Source: Betaproteobacteria bacterium
GTDB lineage: Bacteria > Pseudomonadota > Gammaproteobacteria > Burkholderiales > Ga0077523
Assembly (NCBI GenBank): GCA_031393885.1
Contig: JANMWG010000193.1
Coordinates: 1 to 52,310, forward strand
Length of the DNA: 52,310 nucleotides
Direction of reading: 5' to 3'
Below the pieces are notes generated by a model, which did no database searches, had not been told where the DNA came from, and was given only the letters and a program-made list of their open reading frames with translations. The position numbers were made by a program, and so were the translations under genes. Below, piece after piece: positions 44,483 to 52,310 of the stretch. Position 1 is the stretch's first letter; every line of letters starts with the position of its first letter.

Positions 44483-45492
44483 AGTTTGCGGTTCTTGGCG
44501 CCGGCGCCATCGGCGGCTATCTCGGCACCAGGCTGGCGCTGGCCGGCGAAAACGTCACGTTCATCGCGCGCAACCGCAACCTCGCGGCGATCAACGCCAA
44601 TGGCTTCCGGCTGATCGCAGAAGACGGCACCGAGCTGCACGCGCCCGACGTGCGCGCGGTGCAGGACATGGCCGAAGCCGGTCCGCAGAACGTGGTGCTG
44701 CTCACGGTCAAGGCGCATCAGGTGCGCGACCTACTGCCCGGCCTGCGTGCGCTGTTCGGGCCCGACACCATGGTCGTGACCATGATCAACGGCGTGCCCT
44801 GGTGGTATTTCCACAAGCTCGCCGGCCCGCACGAAGGCCGGGCGCTCGACAGCCTCGATCCCGACGGCCTGCTGGCCGCCAACATCGAACCCGGGCGCGT
44901 GATCGGCAGCGTGGTCTATCCCGCCGCCGAGCTGGTCGAACCGGGTGTGGTGCGGGTGATCGAGGGCAATCGCTTCACCCTCGGCGAGCCCGACGGCAGT
45001 CGCAGCCCGCGCATCGAAGCGCTATCGAAGGCGATGATCGCCGCCGGCTTCAAGGCGCCGGTGAGCAAGGACATCCGCGCCGAAATCTGGATCAAGCTCT
45101 GGGGCAACCTGAGCTTCAACCCGATCAGCGCACTGACCCACGCCACGCTCGAAGACATCTGCCGCTTTCCGGCGTCGCGCGCGCTGGCGATGGCGATGAT
45201 GCGTGAAGCCCAGGCCGTGGCCGAGAAGCTGGGCGTCGTCTTCCGGATCACGCTGGAGCAGCGCATCGCCGGCGCCGAAGCCGTGGGCGCGCACAAGACC
45301 TCGATGCTGCAGGACGTGGAGCATGGGCGCGCGCTCGAGTTGCAGGCGCTGGTCGGTAGCGTGATCGAACTCGGGCGCATCACCGGCACACCGACACCGA
45401 CGATCGAGGCGATCCATGCGGCGACGAGTTTGCTGGCGAAGACGCTGGCAGATGCGAACGCCAGACTTGCGATGCAACCGCTGGAGCGATGA
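44479..45492 (+). CDS. panE: 2-dehydropantoate 2-reductase family (PanE2/oxalyl-CoA reductase-like)
   Basis: GAGAIGG, TVKAH, NGVPWWYF, KLWGN, HKTSMLQD. Confidence 0.85.
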   Translation: MKFAVLGAGAIGGYLGTRLALAGENVTFIARNRNLAAINANGFRLIAEDGTELHAPDVRAVQDMAEAGPQNVVLLTVKAHQVRDLLPGLRALFGPDTMVVTMINGVPWWYFHKLAGPHEGRALDSLDPDGLLAANIEPGRVIGSVVYPAAELVEPGVVRVIEGNRFTLGEPDGSRSPRIEALSKAMIAAGFKAPVSKDIRAEIWIKLWGNLSFNPISALTHATLEDICRFPASRALAMAMMREAQAVAEKLGVVFRITLEQRIAGAEAVGAHKTSMLQDVEHGRALELQALVGSVIELGRITGTPTPTIEAIHAATSLLAKTLADANARLAMQPLER

Positions 45493-45539
45493 CGCCAGCG
45501 GGCGACGCGCCGACCGACGACGCGAGGATCAGCCGGCGA

Positions 45540-46046
45540 TCATTCGCGCGGTGCGCGGAAACCGCCCTCGATCCACGCCTTGGCGCTGGCTGTGCTGAGC
45601 CTGAAGTTTGCCGCCACGCGCACCCGCCCCAGCGGCTCGCCCTCGGCATCGGTCGCTGCCAGCCACGCGTAAGGATCATCGTCGTCAGGAACGATGTCGA
45701 GCGTCACGGTGACGAACCCGTCGTCCGTGGTGACATCGAGACGCTTGTGCAGCGAGGCGCGCCGCTGATGCTCGTGGCGCGTGAGCACTTCCGACGCGGT
45801 CTTGACCAGCGTATGGAATGCCGACGGGTCCAGCGGCTTCGGATTCTTCTTGTCGCGCCCCATGGTCCAGGGCCCCACCAGCGCGGGCTCGGGTTCGCCG
45901 TCCTTGATCATCTCGACCGCCCAGCCTTCATCGCCTTCGTTCTTGATGACCCGCGCGGTCCACCCGTCGTCGCGCCAGAGGCGGGGTTCGTTGATCGGCA
46001 CGGGGGCGTCGTGGTCGGAATCGCCGGGAATGGTATCGATGGTCAT
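45540..46046 (-). CDS. Hypothetical protein
   Basis: Globular-looking sequence (WTARVIKNEGDEGWAVEM...GPWTMGRDKKNPKPL) downstream of yciH. Confidence 0.7.
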   Translation of the reverse strand: MTIDTIPGDSDHDAPVPINEPRLWRDDGWTARVIKNEGDEGWAVEMIKDGEPEPALVGPWTMGRDKKNPKPLDPSAFHTLVKTASEVLTRHEHQRRASLHKRLDVTTDDGFVTVTLDIVPDDDDPYAWLAATDAEGEPLGRVRVAANFRLSTASAKAWIEGGFRAPRE

Positions 46047-46113
46047 GGCCTCGATATTACGGCCGCGCGCGGTCCCTTCACTGCTCCCGCGACCAATATC
46101 CGCGACGAATCCG

Positions 46114-46476
46114 TCACCCGCCCGCACGCTTCACCACCCATCCTTCGCCCTGCAGCCACGTCATCACGCGCTCGCAATGATCGCCCTGCACTTCGAGCAC
46201 GCCGTCGCCCGTGGTTCCGCCCGCGCCGCAGGCGGTCCGCAATCGCTTGCCGATCGCGGTCAGGGCGGCGGCGTCGAGATCGAGGCCGCGCACGAGGGTC
46301 ACGGTCTTGCCGCCACGGCCCTTGGTCTCGCGGCTGACGCGCACCACACCGTCGCCCTTGGCGATGGTCCGCGCCTGCGCTATGCAAACGCATTCGGCCA
46401 CCGGCTTCCGACAGGCGGGACAAGTGCGGCCGCCATCGGTGGAATAGACCAGTCCGCCTGATCCCCGGTCGCGCAT
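46114..46476 (-). CDS. yciH: Translation initiation factor SUI1 family
   Basis: LVYSTD, CPAC...C, RETKGRGGKTVT, CGAGGT, VQGDH. Confidence 0.92.
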   Translation of the reverse strand: MRDRGSGGLVYSTDGGRTCPACRKPVAECVCIAQARTIAKGDGVVRVSRETKGRGGKTVTLVRGLDLDAAALTAIGKRLRTACGAGGTTGDGVLEVQGDHCERVMTWLQGEGWVVKRAGG

Positions 46477-46524
46477 CGTTGGTTTTCCTCCCGATCGATC
46501 GAGGTGGCGGCACCTGCCGCCACC

Positions 46525-46541
46525 TTTAAGGTTCACTTAAG
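46525..46541 (+). promoter_or_regulatory. PmrA/QseB-type direct-repeat box upstream of degP/Q
   Basis: TTTAAG-GTTCA-CTTAAG (YTTAAK-N5-YTTAAK), adjacent to a GC hairpin at 46502-46525. Confidence 0.7.
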
Positions 46542-46610
46542 ACAGCGTCGTCAACATGCGAACCATATCGCGGCACATCCGGTGCCCGACCCGATTCGCA
46601 AGGAGACGAC

Positions 46611-48068
46611 ATGAGACTCAGAAAGACCGTGCTGGCCCTGGCCGCTGCCGGCTTCATCTCGACCACGGCGCTGGCCGTGCATTACGTCGATCATGCCACC
46701 GACCCGGAGCGTGCCGCCCAGGTTGCGCCCCAGACCGCTGGCGCCGATGGTGCAGCCCTTCGCACCGCCTTGCCCGACTTTCGCGGCATCGTGCGCGAAT
46801 CCGGCGCGGCCGTGGTCAATGTGAGCACCACCGCCATGGTGAAGATGGCGCCGCAGCAGCAGCCGGGCATGGAGCCCAACGATCCGTTCTACGAGTTCTT
46901 CAAGCCGTTCATGGGCCCCAACGCCCAGAAGCCGGTGCCGATGCACGGCGAAGGCTCGGGCTTCATCGTCAGCAAGGACGGCCTGATTCTCACCAATGCG
47001 CATGTGGTGCGCGACGCCCGTGAAGTGACGGTGCGCCTGAACGACCGCCGCGAGTTCATCGCCAAGGTGGTGGGCATCGACACCCGCAGCGACGTCGCGG
47101 TGCTCAAGATCGAGGCCAACAACCTGCCCACGGTGCGCACCGGCTCGCCGGCGAGCGTCGAGCCCGGCGACTGGGTACTCGCGATCGGGTCGCCGTTCGG
47201 CTTCCAGAACACGGCAACCGCGGGCATCGTCAGCGCCAAGGGCCGCGCGTTGCCCGACGAGAACTACGTGCCGTTCATCCAGACCGACGTCGCGGTGAAT
47301 CCCGGCAACTCGGGCGGCCCGCTGTTCAACCTGAACGGCGAGGTGGTCGGCATCAACTCGCAGATCTACTCCCGCACCGGCGGCTACATGGGCTTGTCGT
47401 TTGCGATTCCCATCGATGTTGCGCTGCATGTGAAAGACGAGATCGTGGCCCACGGCCGCGTGACCCGCGGCCGCCTCGGCCTCTCGGCGCAGACCGTGGA
47501 CCAGAAGCTGGCCACCGCATTCGGCCTCGACAAGCCCGGCGGCGCCCTGGTGGCCTCGGTGGAGAACGGCAGCCCCGCCGCACTGGCTGGCATCAAGCCC
47601 GGCGACGTGGTGCTGTCGCTGAACGGCACACCGATCCGCGAATCGGCCGACCTGCCCCCGGCAGTGGCCAATCTCGCTCCTGGCGCCGATGCCACGATCG
47701 ACGTCTGGCGCGATCACAAGTCGCAGAAGCTCAACGTCAAGGTGGGTGAGCTGAAGGACGCCGTGGTGGCCCAGGCCGACAAGGCGGGCGACAGCGGCGA
47801 AGCCGGCAAGCTCGGCGTGCTGGGCCGCTCGCTCACCGCGCAGGTGCGCAAGCAGGCCGGCATCACCAGCGGCATCGTGATCGAAGATGTGTCCGGTCCG
47901 GCTGAAGCCGCCGGGTTGCAGCCCGGCGACCTGCTGCTCGCGGTGAACGGCATTCCCATCACCGGCGTGGGCCAGTTGCGCAGCGTGCTCGAAGGCGCCG
48001 GCGACCGGGTGGCGGTACTGGTGCAACGCGGCGGTCAGCGCATGTTCGTGCCGATCACGGTCGGCTGA
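46611..48068 (+). CDS. DegP/DegQ (HtrA) periplasmic serine protease with two PDZ domains
   Basis: GSGFI, TNAHVV, DVAVLKI, GNSGGP, two PDZ domains. Confidence 0.93.
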   Translation: MRLRKTVLALAAAGFISTTALAVHYVDHATDPERAAQVAPQTAGADGAALRTALPDFRGIVRESGAAVVNVSTTAMVKMAPQQQPGMEPNDPFYEFFKPFMGPNAQKPVPMHGEGSGFIVSKDGLILTNAHVVRDAREVTVRLNDRREFIAKVVGIDTRSDVAVLKIEANNLPTVRTGSPASVEPGDWVLAIGSPFGFQNTATAGIVSAKGRALPDENYVPFIQTDVAVNPGNSGGPLFNLNGEVVGINSQIYSRTGGYMGLSFAIPIDVALHVKDEIVAHGRVTRGRLGLSAQTVDQKLATAFGLDKPGGALVASVENGSPAALAGIKPGDVVLSLNGTPIRESADLPPAVANLAPGADATIDVWRDHKSQKLNVKVGELKDAVVAQADKAGDSGEAGKLGVLGRSLTAQVRKQAGITSGIVIEDVSGPAEAAGLQPGDLLLAVNGIPITGVGQLRSVLEGAGDRVAVLVQRGGQRMFVPITVG

Positions 48069-48156
48069 GCAAACGGATTTTCAGATGACGCCGTAACTTT
48101 CTCAGAGGTGGTCTCCCCCCGACCCCGCGCCCTCCCCCGATAGGCCAGGTCGGTTC

Positions 48157-48201
48157 AGCGGGAATGCCCCCGAATGGCATTCCCGCTTTTTTCTTTTGTT
48201 G
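48157..48201 (+). terminator. Intrinsic terminator between convergent genes
   Basis: AGCGGGAATGCC...GGCATTCCCGCT followed by a T-rich tail. Confidence 0.85.
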
Positions 48202-48202
48202 T

Positions 48203-48580
48203 TCAGATCCCGAGTTCGACGAACACCTCCTTCGCGTTGCGAAAACTGTCGAGCGCGGCCGGCGCCCCGCAATAGACCGAGGCGTGCAGGAATACCTCGC
48301 GAATCTCGTCCTTGGTGACGCCGTTGTTGAGCGCGCCGCGCACATGCAGCTCGAGCTCATGCGGGCGGTTGAGCGCCATGAGCATCGCCAGATTGAGCAT
48401 GCTGCGGGTGCGCCGGTCGAGCCCGGGCCGATTCCACACCTCGCCCCAGGCGAACTGCGTGACCAGTTCCTGCATCGGCATGCTGAAGTCGTCCGCCTTG
48501 GCGATGGCGGCATCGACATACTCCGCACCGAGCACCTCGCGGCGGGTCTTGAGTCCACGGTCGAACAATTCCTGGTTCAT
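48203..48580 (-). CDS. pcaC: Carboxymuconolactone decarboxylase family protein
   Basis: GLKTRREVLGAEYV, WGEVWNRPGLDRRTRS, HVRGALNNG, YCGAPA. Confidence 0.85.
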   Translation of the reverse strand: MNQELFDRGLKTRREVLGAEYVDAAIAKADDFSMPMQELVTQFAWGEVWNRPGLDRRTRSMLNLAMLMALNRPHELELHVRGALNNGVTKDEIREVFLHASVYCGAPAALDSFRNAKEVFVELGI

Positions 48581-48682
48581 CGCACTTTTCCTTTCGTGTG
48601 ATTGTCGCAGGGGATGAAATACTAAGGGCTGCCAGTCGGGCCATCGTCCGGCCTGTGCCTGCCCGACACCAGGAGCACCGCC

Positions 48683-49936
48683 ATGAGAATGATCTTGTCC
48701 GCTGCCGCAGCCGTCGCCCTGGTCGCGGGCGCTCCCGCCCTCCACGCACAGGACACGTCGCGGCTCGAACGCCTGCCCGTGCCCAAGGCCGCCAACACGG
48801 CGGACAACGCCGCCGTGCCGCAGACCGGCCCACAGGCCGAGGCCATCCGCGAGACGCTCGAGCGCATCCGCCTGCCCGACGGCTTCAGGATCGAGCTCTA
48901 TGCCGTAGTGCCCGGTGCCCGCTACATGGCCGTGGGCCCGGCCACCGGGGTCGTGTTCGTGGGCACCCGCCGAGGCCGCGTGTGGGCCGTGAGCGACCGC
49001 AACCACAACCACGTGGCCGACGACGTCAGGGCGTTCGCGCCCGGCGTCGAGTTCAATGTGGCCAACGGCGTCGCCCTGTCGAGCGATGGTGGCCTCTACG
49101 TGGCCGAACTCAACCGCGTGCTGGTCTTCCCCGCTGCCGAAGCGCGCTACGAGAGCGCCGACATCCCGGCCTTCAGCATGGTGCCACAGGGCAGGCTGAT
49201 CCCGCCCGACGAGGAAAGCCAGAACCACGGTGCCCGGGTCATCAAGCAAGGCCCCGACGGCAAGCTCTATGTCACCCTGGGCCAGCCCTACAACGTGTCA
49301 CCGGCCGGCAAGCTGGCGTTGTATGACGACACCGGCATCGGCGGCATCATCCGCCTCGATCCTGACGGCGCCCACCGCGAAGTGTTCGCCCGCGGCGCCC
49401 GCAACCCGGCCGGCATCGCCTTCCACACCAACGGCACGCTCTGGTGGAACGACCACCAGGTGGACGGCATGGGCGACACCATCCCGCCCGGCGAAACCAA
49501 CATCAGCACCAAAGCCGGGCAGCACTTCGGCTTTCCCTGGTACGGCGGCGGCCGGATCCGCACCGCCGACTACAAGAACGCCATTCCGCCCGCCGACGCG
49601 GTCTTTCCGGTACTGGAGCATGACGCGCACGCCGCCGACATGGGCGCGATGTTCTACACCGGCAGGCAGTTTCCGGAAACCTATCGCGGCGGCTACTTCT
49701 GGGCCCAGCACGGCTCCTGGAACCGCAGCGACCCGATCGGCGCGAGGGTGATGTGGGTACCCGTCAAGGACGGGAAACCCACCGGCAAGCCGGCGCCGTT
49801 CGCGGAAGGCTGGATGAACGGGGCCGGGAAGTATCTGGGGCGGCCGGTGGATGTTGCACAGCTAGATGACGGATCGATGTTGGTGTCGGATGATCAGGCG
49901 GGGGCGGTGTATCGGGTTTGGTATGGGGGGAGGTGA
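48683..49936 (+). CDS. Soluble PQQ-dependent glucose/sorbosone dehydrogenase family beta-propeller
   Basis: Signal peptide, LPDGFRIELYA, HGARVI, GARNPAG, HGSWNR, GRPVDV. Confidence 0.88.
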   Translation: MRMILSAAAAVALVAGAPALHAQDTSRLERLPVPKAANTADNAAVPQTGPQAEAIRETLERIRLPDGFRIELYAVVPGARYMAVGPATGVVFVGTRRGRVWAVSDRNHNHVADDVRAFAPGVEFNVANGVALSSDGGLYVAELNRVLVFPAAEARYESADIPAFSMVPQGRLIPPDEESQNHGARVIKQGPDGKLYVTLGQPYNVSPAGKLALYDDTGIGGIIRLDPDGAHREVFARGARNPAGIAFHTNGTLWWNDHQVDGMGDTIPPGETNISTKAGQHFGFPWYGGGRIRTADYKNAIPPADAVFPVLEHDAHAADMGAMFYTGRQFPETYRGGYFWAQHGSWNRSDPIGARVMWVPVKDGKPTGKPAPFAEGWMNGAGKYLGRPVDVAQLDDGSMLVSDDQAGAVYRVWYGGR

Positions 49937-50096
49937 GGGGCGCGCGAGGGGTGCAAACTTGTCGCAATTGCGCACTACGACAGCATAATTCGGTAGAGTC
50001 ACGGAAAATCATGGCGAGTATCGTCGATGGTTTCGCTTGCTCCCGATTCGGTTAACGCGAGCTTACTGAGGAGGGTTAGATGGCACTCGTAGAAGC

Positions 50097-50468
50097 ATGG
50101 GAAATCTCCCCCTGTTTGAGAAAGACAAGACAAAGCACACAGCTATCTTTTTGGTAGTCCTGATCCTCAATTTGGCGACGATTGGTGCACCAGCCGCAGT
50201 CATGATCCGAGGTCTTCATTCTTGCGGCGAATGGGTCACCGAAAGACAAAAGCCACAGTTCACGATCGTTCGGGGCGCTTTGGAGATTTGGCTGATCGGA
50301 TTTCTTTCGGGCCTTGCAGTGGCGACCAACACGGATGTTCTCAATGGCACCGACATCGAATCTCTCCATGTTTGGATGGATAACTACTGCCATGACCATC
50401 CGCTCGACAACCTTGATTACGGGAGTGTCGAGTTGTACCGACAGTTGAAGATAAAAAAGGGCCTGTGA
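50097..50468 (+). CDS. Small exported two-Cys hypothetical protein
   Basis: Signal-like segment, SCGEW...WLIGFLSG...WMDNYCHDHPL; AT-richer sequence; start uncertain. Confidence 0.65.
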   Translation: MGNLPLFEKDKTKHTAIFLVVLILNLATIGAPAAVMIRGLHSCGEWVTERQKPQFTIVRGALEIWLIGFLSGLAVATNTDVLNGTDIESLHVWMDNYCHDHPLDNLDYGSVELYRQLKIKKGL

Positions 50469-50469
50469 G

Positions 50470-50568
50470 ATGACCGCTAAAGCCATCGGCGTACTCCAGG
50501 TTAAGGGCGGCGCAGGCAGTTCAACGCTGGCCACCAACCTTGCGGTTATCCCTTGCAGCTTGAACTAG
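50470..50568 (+). pseudogene. ParA-family ATPase N-terminal stub
   Basis: MTAKAIGVLQVKGGAGSSTLATNLA (deviant Walker A), stop after 32 codons. Confidence 0.7.
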
Positions 50569-50637
50569 GCTCACATATCGACGACCGCCTAGTCAAGCCA
50601 CTCCACTTGGCCCGTAGGACAATCGGTTCGTAGTCAC

Positions 50638-51987
50638 TTGGAGATTCGTGTGTTCAACCTAGAAGGCACTCCATACCTCCTTGACCAGAAGGCGTCCGCA
50701 CAAGTAAAGGCACGACTTGATGCTATAGAGGAGCGCGTTTCACTGCTTCGCCGCAACGGAACGCTAACCGCGCAAACCGTCAAGGACTACTACGGTGAGA
50801 AGCGCTTCGAACAAGTCGCGGAGTCAAATGCAATAGAAGGCAGTACCCTGTCCGCCGGCGAGACTGAACTTGCGGTGTTGAAAGGCATAACGATCACAGG
50901 TCACGACCCAGCGTATGCCAAAGACGCGATGGCGCTGGACCGCGCACTAACGCGCATCACAGAGCTTGCACGTGACACGAAACACCCTACTGACATTCAC
51001 CAACTGCATGAAGTGCATGCCCTTCTTCTTGGCGATCGGCCCGGCGCAGGAATATTTCGCAAGGAGAGGGTAACGATCCGCGGCGCAAAGCACACTCCCC
51101 CGAAAACTTGGGAGCACATCATGTTCATGATGACCGAATGGCAGTCTTGGTCTGCTGAAAACATCACACTACCCGCACCGGTCCGCTCGGCCGTGCTCCA
51201 CGCTTGGCTTACTCACGTGCATCCGTTCATTGATGGCAATGGGCGGATCTCTAGGGCGATAGGGAACCTTGAACTCATCCGAGCGGGTTATCCTCCAATA
51301 ATTATTAAGAAAAAGGAGCGCGATCGTTATATTGAGGCCTTGGCCGAGTCCGACGAAGGCGGTGATATTCGATCTTTCTTAGAGCTAATATTTGATCGAA
51401 TTGAAGGGGGACTTACTGGACTCGAACTGTCTGCAAAACGAAAGCAGGGCTTCAATCCCGTCGTCGAGAAGATTCGCCAGATGCAAGAGAAGCAACTCTA
51501 TATCTGGGAAACAAGCGTAAAACTACTGGCGTCCATAATCGGACATCGCTTGACGCAACGTCTCGAGTCCGTTGGGGGAACAGGAAGCATCCGCCTGTAC
51601 GATTCACCACTCGACTTGGACGACTACTTGGAAGTATGTGGAGGACGAAGCGTTGCACGGAGCTGGGCATTCACCGTCAAAATCGAGATCCCCGGCGTTT
51701 CGCGGCTTGAAAAGCTTGCATTTGTTGGTCATCGTAGCAACCGGATGCACCAAGCGATGAACTACGAGGGTGGGCCGTCTCTGTATTGGTCGTCGAAGAA
51801 CCCCGCGAATTTCCCAAAATGGCTCGCTGACGGCGAGAACTCTCCCTTTGCACCAGAAGTTACCTCAAGGGCAGGGAATGGTGATGAGTGGATTGCCCGA
51901 CTTGCGGACGACTCGATTCTGAGAGTTCAGACGACTGAGCTGGCAGCAAAAATCGCCGAGGCGCTAGTTGGTCAGGTCAAACTCTAG
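50638..51987 (+). CDS. Fic-domain protein (class II) with an extra C-terminal domain
   Basis: Inhibitory SNAIEG N-terminal to the catalytic HPFIDGNGRISR; AT-richer sequence. Confidence 0.92.
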   Translation: MEIRVFNLEGTPYLLDQKASAQVKARLDAIEERVSLLRRNGTLTAQTVKDYYGEKRFEQVAESNAIEGSTLSAGETELAVLKGITITGHDPAYAKDAMALDRALTRITELARDTKHPTDIHQLHEVHALLLGDRPGAGIFRKERVTIRGAKHTPPKTWEHIMFMMTEWQSWSAENITLPAPVRSAVLHAWLTHVHPFIDGNGRISRAIGNLELIRAGYPPIIIKKKERDRYIEALAESDEGGDIRSFLELIFDRIEGGLTGLELSAKRKQGFNPVVEKIRQMQEKQLYIWETSVKLLASIIGHRLTQRLESVGGTGSIRLYDSPLDLDDYLEVCGGRSVARSWAFTVKIEIPGVSRLEKLAFVGHRSNRMHQAMNYEGGPSLYWSSKNPANFPKWLADGENSPFAPEVTSRAGNGDEWIARLADDSILRVQTTELAAKIAEALVGQVKL

Positions 51988-52066
51988 GCCAAAATGACAT
52001 TGCCATAGGTCTTTTTCCGCGTGTATGGCCGCGTCCGCGAAGTTGAACGTCGCCAAAGAGCCGACC

Positions 52067-52310
52067 ATGCTTCGAGGTAGCTGCCTGTGCCAGGGCTTAG
52101 CGTTCGAGATCGACGGTACCGTCCGCGATGCCCTGTACTGCCATTGCTCGATGTGCCGCAAGGCGCACGGCACGGCTTTTCGCGCCCGGGGCAAAGTCAA
52201 GGCGGTGGAGTTCCGCTGGACGAGAGGCGAAGATCTCGTCCGCTACTACGAATCCTCTCCTGGCACGCACCGGGGCTTCTGCTCGGTGTGTGGCTCCAAC
52301 CTCATCAGCA
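52067..52310 (+). CDS. GFA/CENP-V family Zn protein (runs off the window edge)
   Basis: Translated by hand: MLRGSCLC...CHCSMCRKAHG...YESSPG...FCSVCGS. Confidence 0.88.
   Translation, partial: MLRGSCLCQGLAFEIDGTVRDALYCHCSMCRKAHGTAFRARGKVKAVEFRWTRGEDLVRYYESSPGTHRGFCSVCGSNLIS

Noticed and set aside
1-52310. tRNA, rRNA, integrase or transposase genes
   Set aside because: None recognised; any enzyme that mobilises the repeats is not in this window.

Overview
High-GC bacterial chromosomal segment; gene content and repeat style suggest a Betaproteobacterium (inference). Most of it is metabolic or regulatory. It contains a sigma54/NtrC/ANTAR-controlled assimilatory nitrate/nitrite reductase operon (nasA-nirB-nirD-porin) whose transporter and siroheme methylase genes survive only as collapsed remnants, followed by gor-ridA-kefC. 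Next come a PQQ dehydrogenase with the lanthanide-type Asp-x-Asp motif plus a cytochrome c, ptrB, and a urea/amide-type ABC transporter. A multi-PAS kinase with a REC-HPt-REC-REC-GGDEF partner, a QseBC/PmrAB-like pair and a DegP/Q gene with a PmrA-type box, and an oxalate-CoA ligase/PanE2 pair follow. There is also a decayed ABC-ATPase + TOPRIM defence-like pair and an AT-richer islet with a Fic protein. The most unusual signal is a family of about 10 structured intergenic repeats. Most start at the upstream gene's stop codon, keep a covarying hairpin, and sometimes carry a nested 68-bp two-hairpin module. Inside operons they read as mini-ORFs that bridge stop and start codons. No tRNA, rRNA, CRISPR array or transposase was recognised. 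All calls come from motif recognition by eye; no searches were run.
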